In this document: in pieces, positions 55,958 to 56,625 of the stretch
Layout of the letters: the number at the start of each line of letters is the position of its first letter
Numbering within the stretch: position 1 is the stretch's first letter
From: Thermotogota bacterium
GTDB lineage: Bacteria > Bipolaricaulota > Bipolaricaulia > UBA7950 > UBA9294
Reading direction: 5' to 3'
DNA: 56,625 bases
Assembly (NCBI GenBank): GCA_039679545.1
Contig: JBDKUT010000153.1
Coordinates: 1-56,625, forward strand
Notes under the pieces: model-generated
What the model saw: the letters and a program-made list of their open reading frames with translations, nothing else
Database searches by the model: none
Told to the model about the DNA's origin: nothing
Made by a program: the position numbers and the translations under genes

Positions 55958-56625
55958 TCAGTCTTCCGCCATGAGCAGCTCGCGGAACTTCCTGAGCTCG
56001 GCTCGGCGCGACGGGTGCTTCAGCTTCTCGATCGCTTTGATCTCGATCTGGCGGACGCGCTCGCGGGTGATGTTGAACTTGAGCGAGACGTCCTTGAGGG
56101 TGCGCGGGTGGCCGTCCTCGAGTCCGTAGCGGAGCTTCAGGATCTCGCGCTCCCGCTCGTCGAGCTGGTCGAGGGCTCGCGACAGCTGCTCCCGAAGGAA
56201 CATGCGGAACGTCTCCTTGGTCGGCGACGGCGAGGACGGGTCCTCGATGAAGTCGCCGAGGGTGTCCTCGTCCTCCTCGCCGATCGGCCGCTCGAGCGAC
56301 GCGGTGTACTGGGAGACGCTCTCGACCTTCTTGATCTTGTCGATCGACATCCCCGTCAGGAGCGACAGGTCCTCGAGCGTCGGCGCCGTGCCGTGCGACT
56401 GGATGTACTCGCGCTTCACGCGGTTGAGTTCGCGCACGGTCTCGATCATGTGCACCGGGACGCGGATGGTCCGCGACTGGTCGGCGATCGCTCGCGTGAT
56501 CGCCTGGCGGATCCACCACGTCGCGTAGGTCGAGAACTTGTAGCCGCGCGAGAAGTCGAACTTCTCGACGGCCTTCATCAGGCCCATGTTCCCTTCCTGA
56601 ATCAGGTCGAGGAGCGAGAGCCCGC
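55958..56625 (-). CDS. rpoD: Primary sigma70 factor, C-terminal part (runs off the right edge)
   Basis: [49 protein letters not shown]; region 4 TRERVRQIE. Confidence 0.92.
   Translation of the reverse strand, partial: GLSLLDLIQEGNMGLMKAVEKFDFSRGYKFSTYATWWIRQAITRAIADQSRTIRVPVHMIETVRELNRVKREYIQSHGTAPTLEDLSLLTGMSIDKIKKVESVSQYTASLERPIGEEDEDTLGDFIEDPSSPSPTKETFRMFLREQLSRALDQLDEREREILKLRYGLEDGHPRTLKDVSLKFNITRERVRQIEIKAIEKLKHPSRRAELRKFRELLMAED

Overview
A 56.6-kb window of high-GC bacterial chromosome from an anaerobe, plausibly Bipolaricaulota (Acetothermia); the lineage is an inference from gene style only. The left ~22 kb is an accessory region that starts at a tRNA-Ser(CGA)/tRNA-Arg(GCG) pair. 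The tRNAs are followed by a tandem repeat of 126 and 141 nt. Each unit begins with a copy of the tRNA-Arg 3' end and has three hairpins that keep their pairing while their sequence changes. A separate ~60-bp direct repeat occurs three times (4925, 15710, 17369) at module boundaries. Two copies bracket a 10.7-kb divergent peptide-catabolism cluster: dppABC without ATPases, M42 peptidase, PatB-type lyase, tautomerase, YheO regulator, DUF169, M19 dipeptidase and DUF1847. The accessory region also has secreted/surface proteins and two gene remnants. From 22 kb there is a complete 4-hydroxyphenylacetate-decarboxylase-type glycyl-radical operon (hpdBCA). Mostly core genes follow: coaE, pseudouridine synthase, nadE, hsp20 with tandem CIRCE, yidD, a TrxB-family reductase lacking NADPH motifs, nfnAB, dinB, transaldolase, nfo, lpdA, yhbD/bactofilin, pckA, tatD, nnr, miaA and a partial rpoD. 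No integrase, transposase or CRISPR array was found. Starts were chosen by eye from RBS positions and all product calls come from motif recognition, not database searches.
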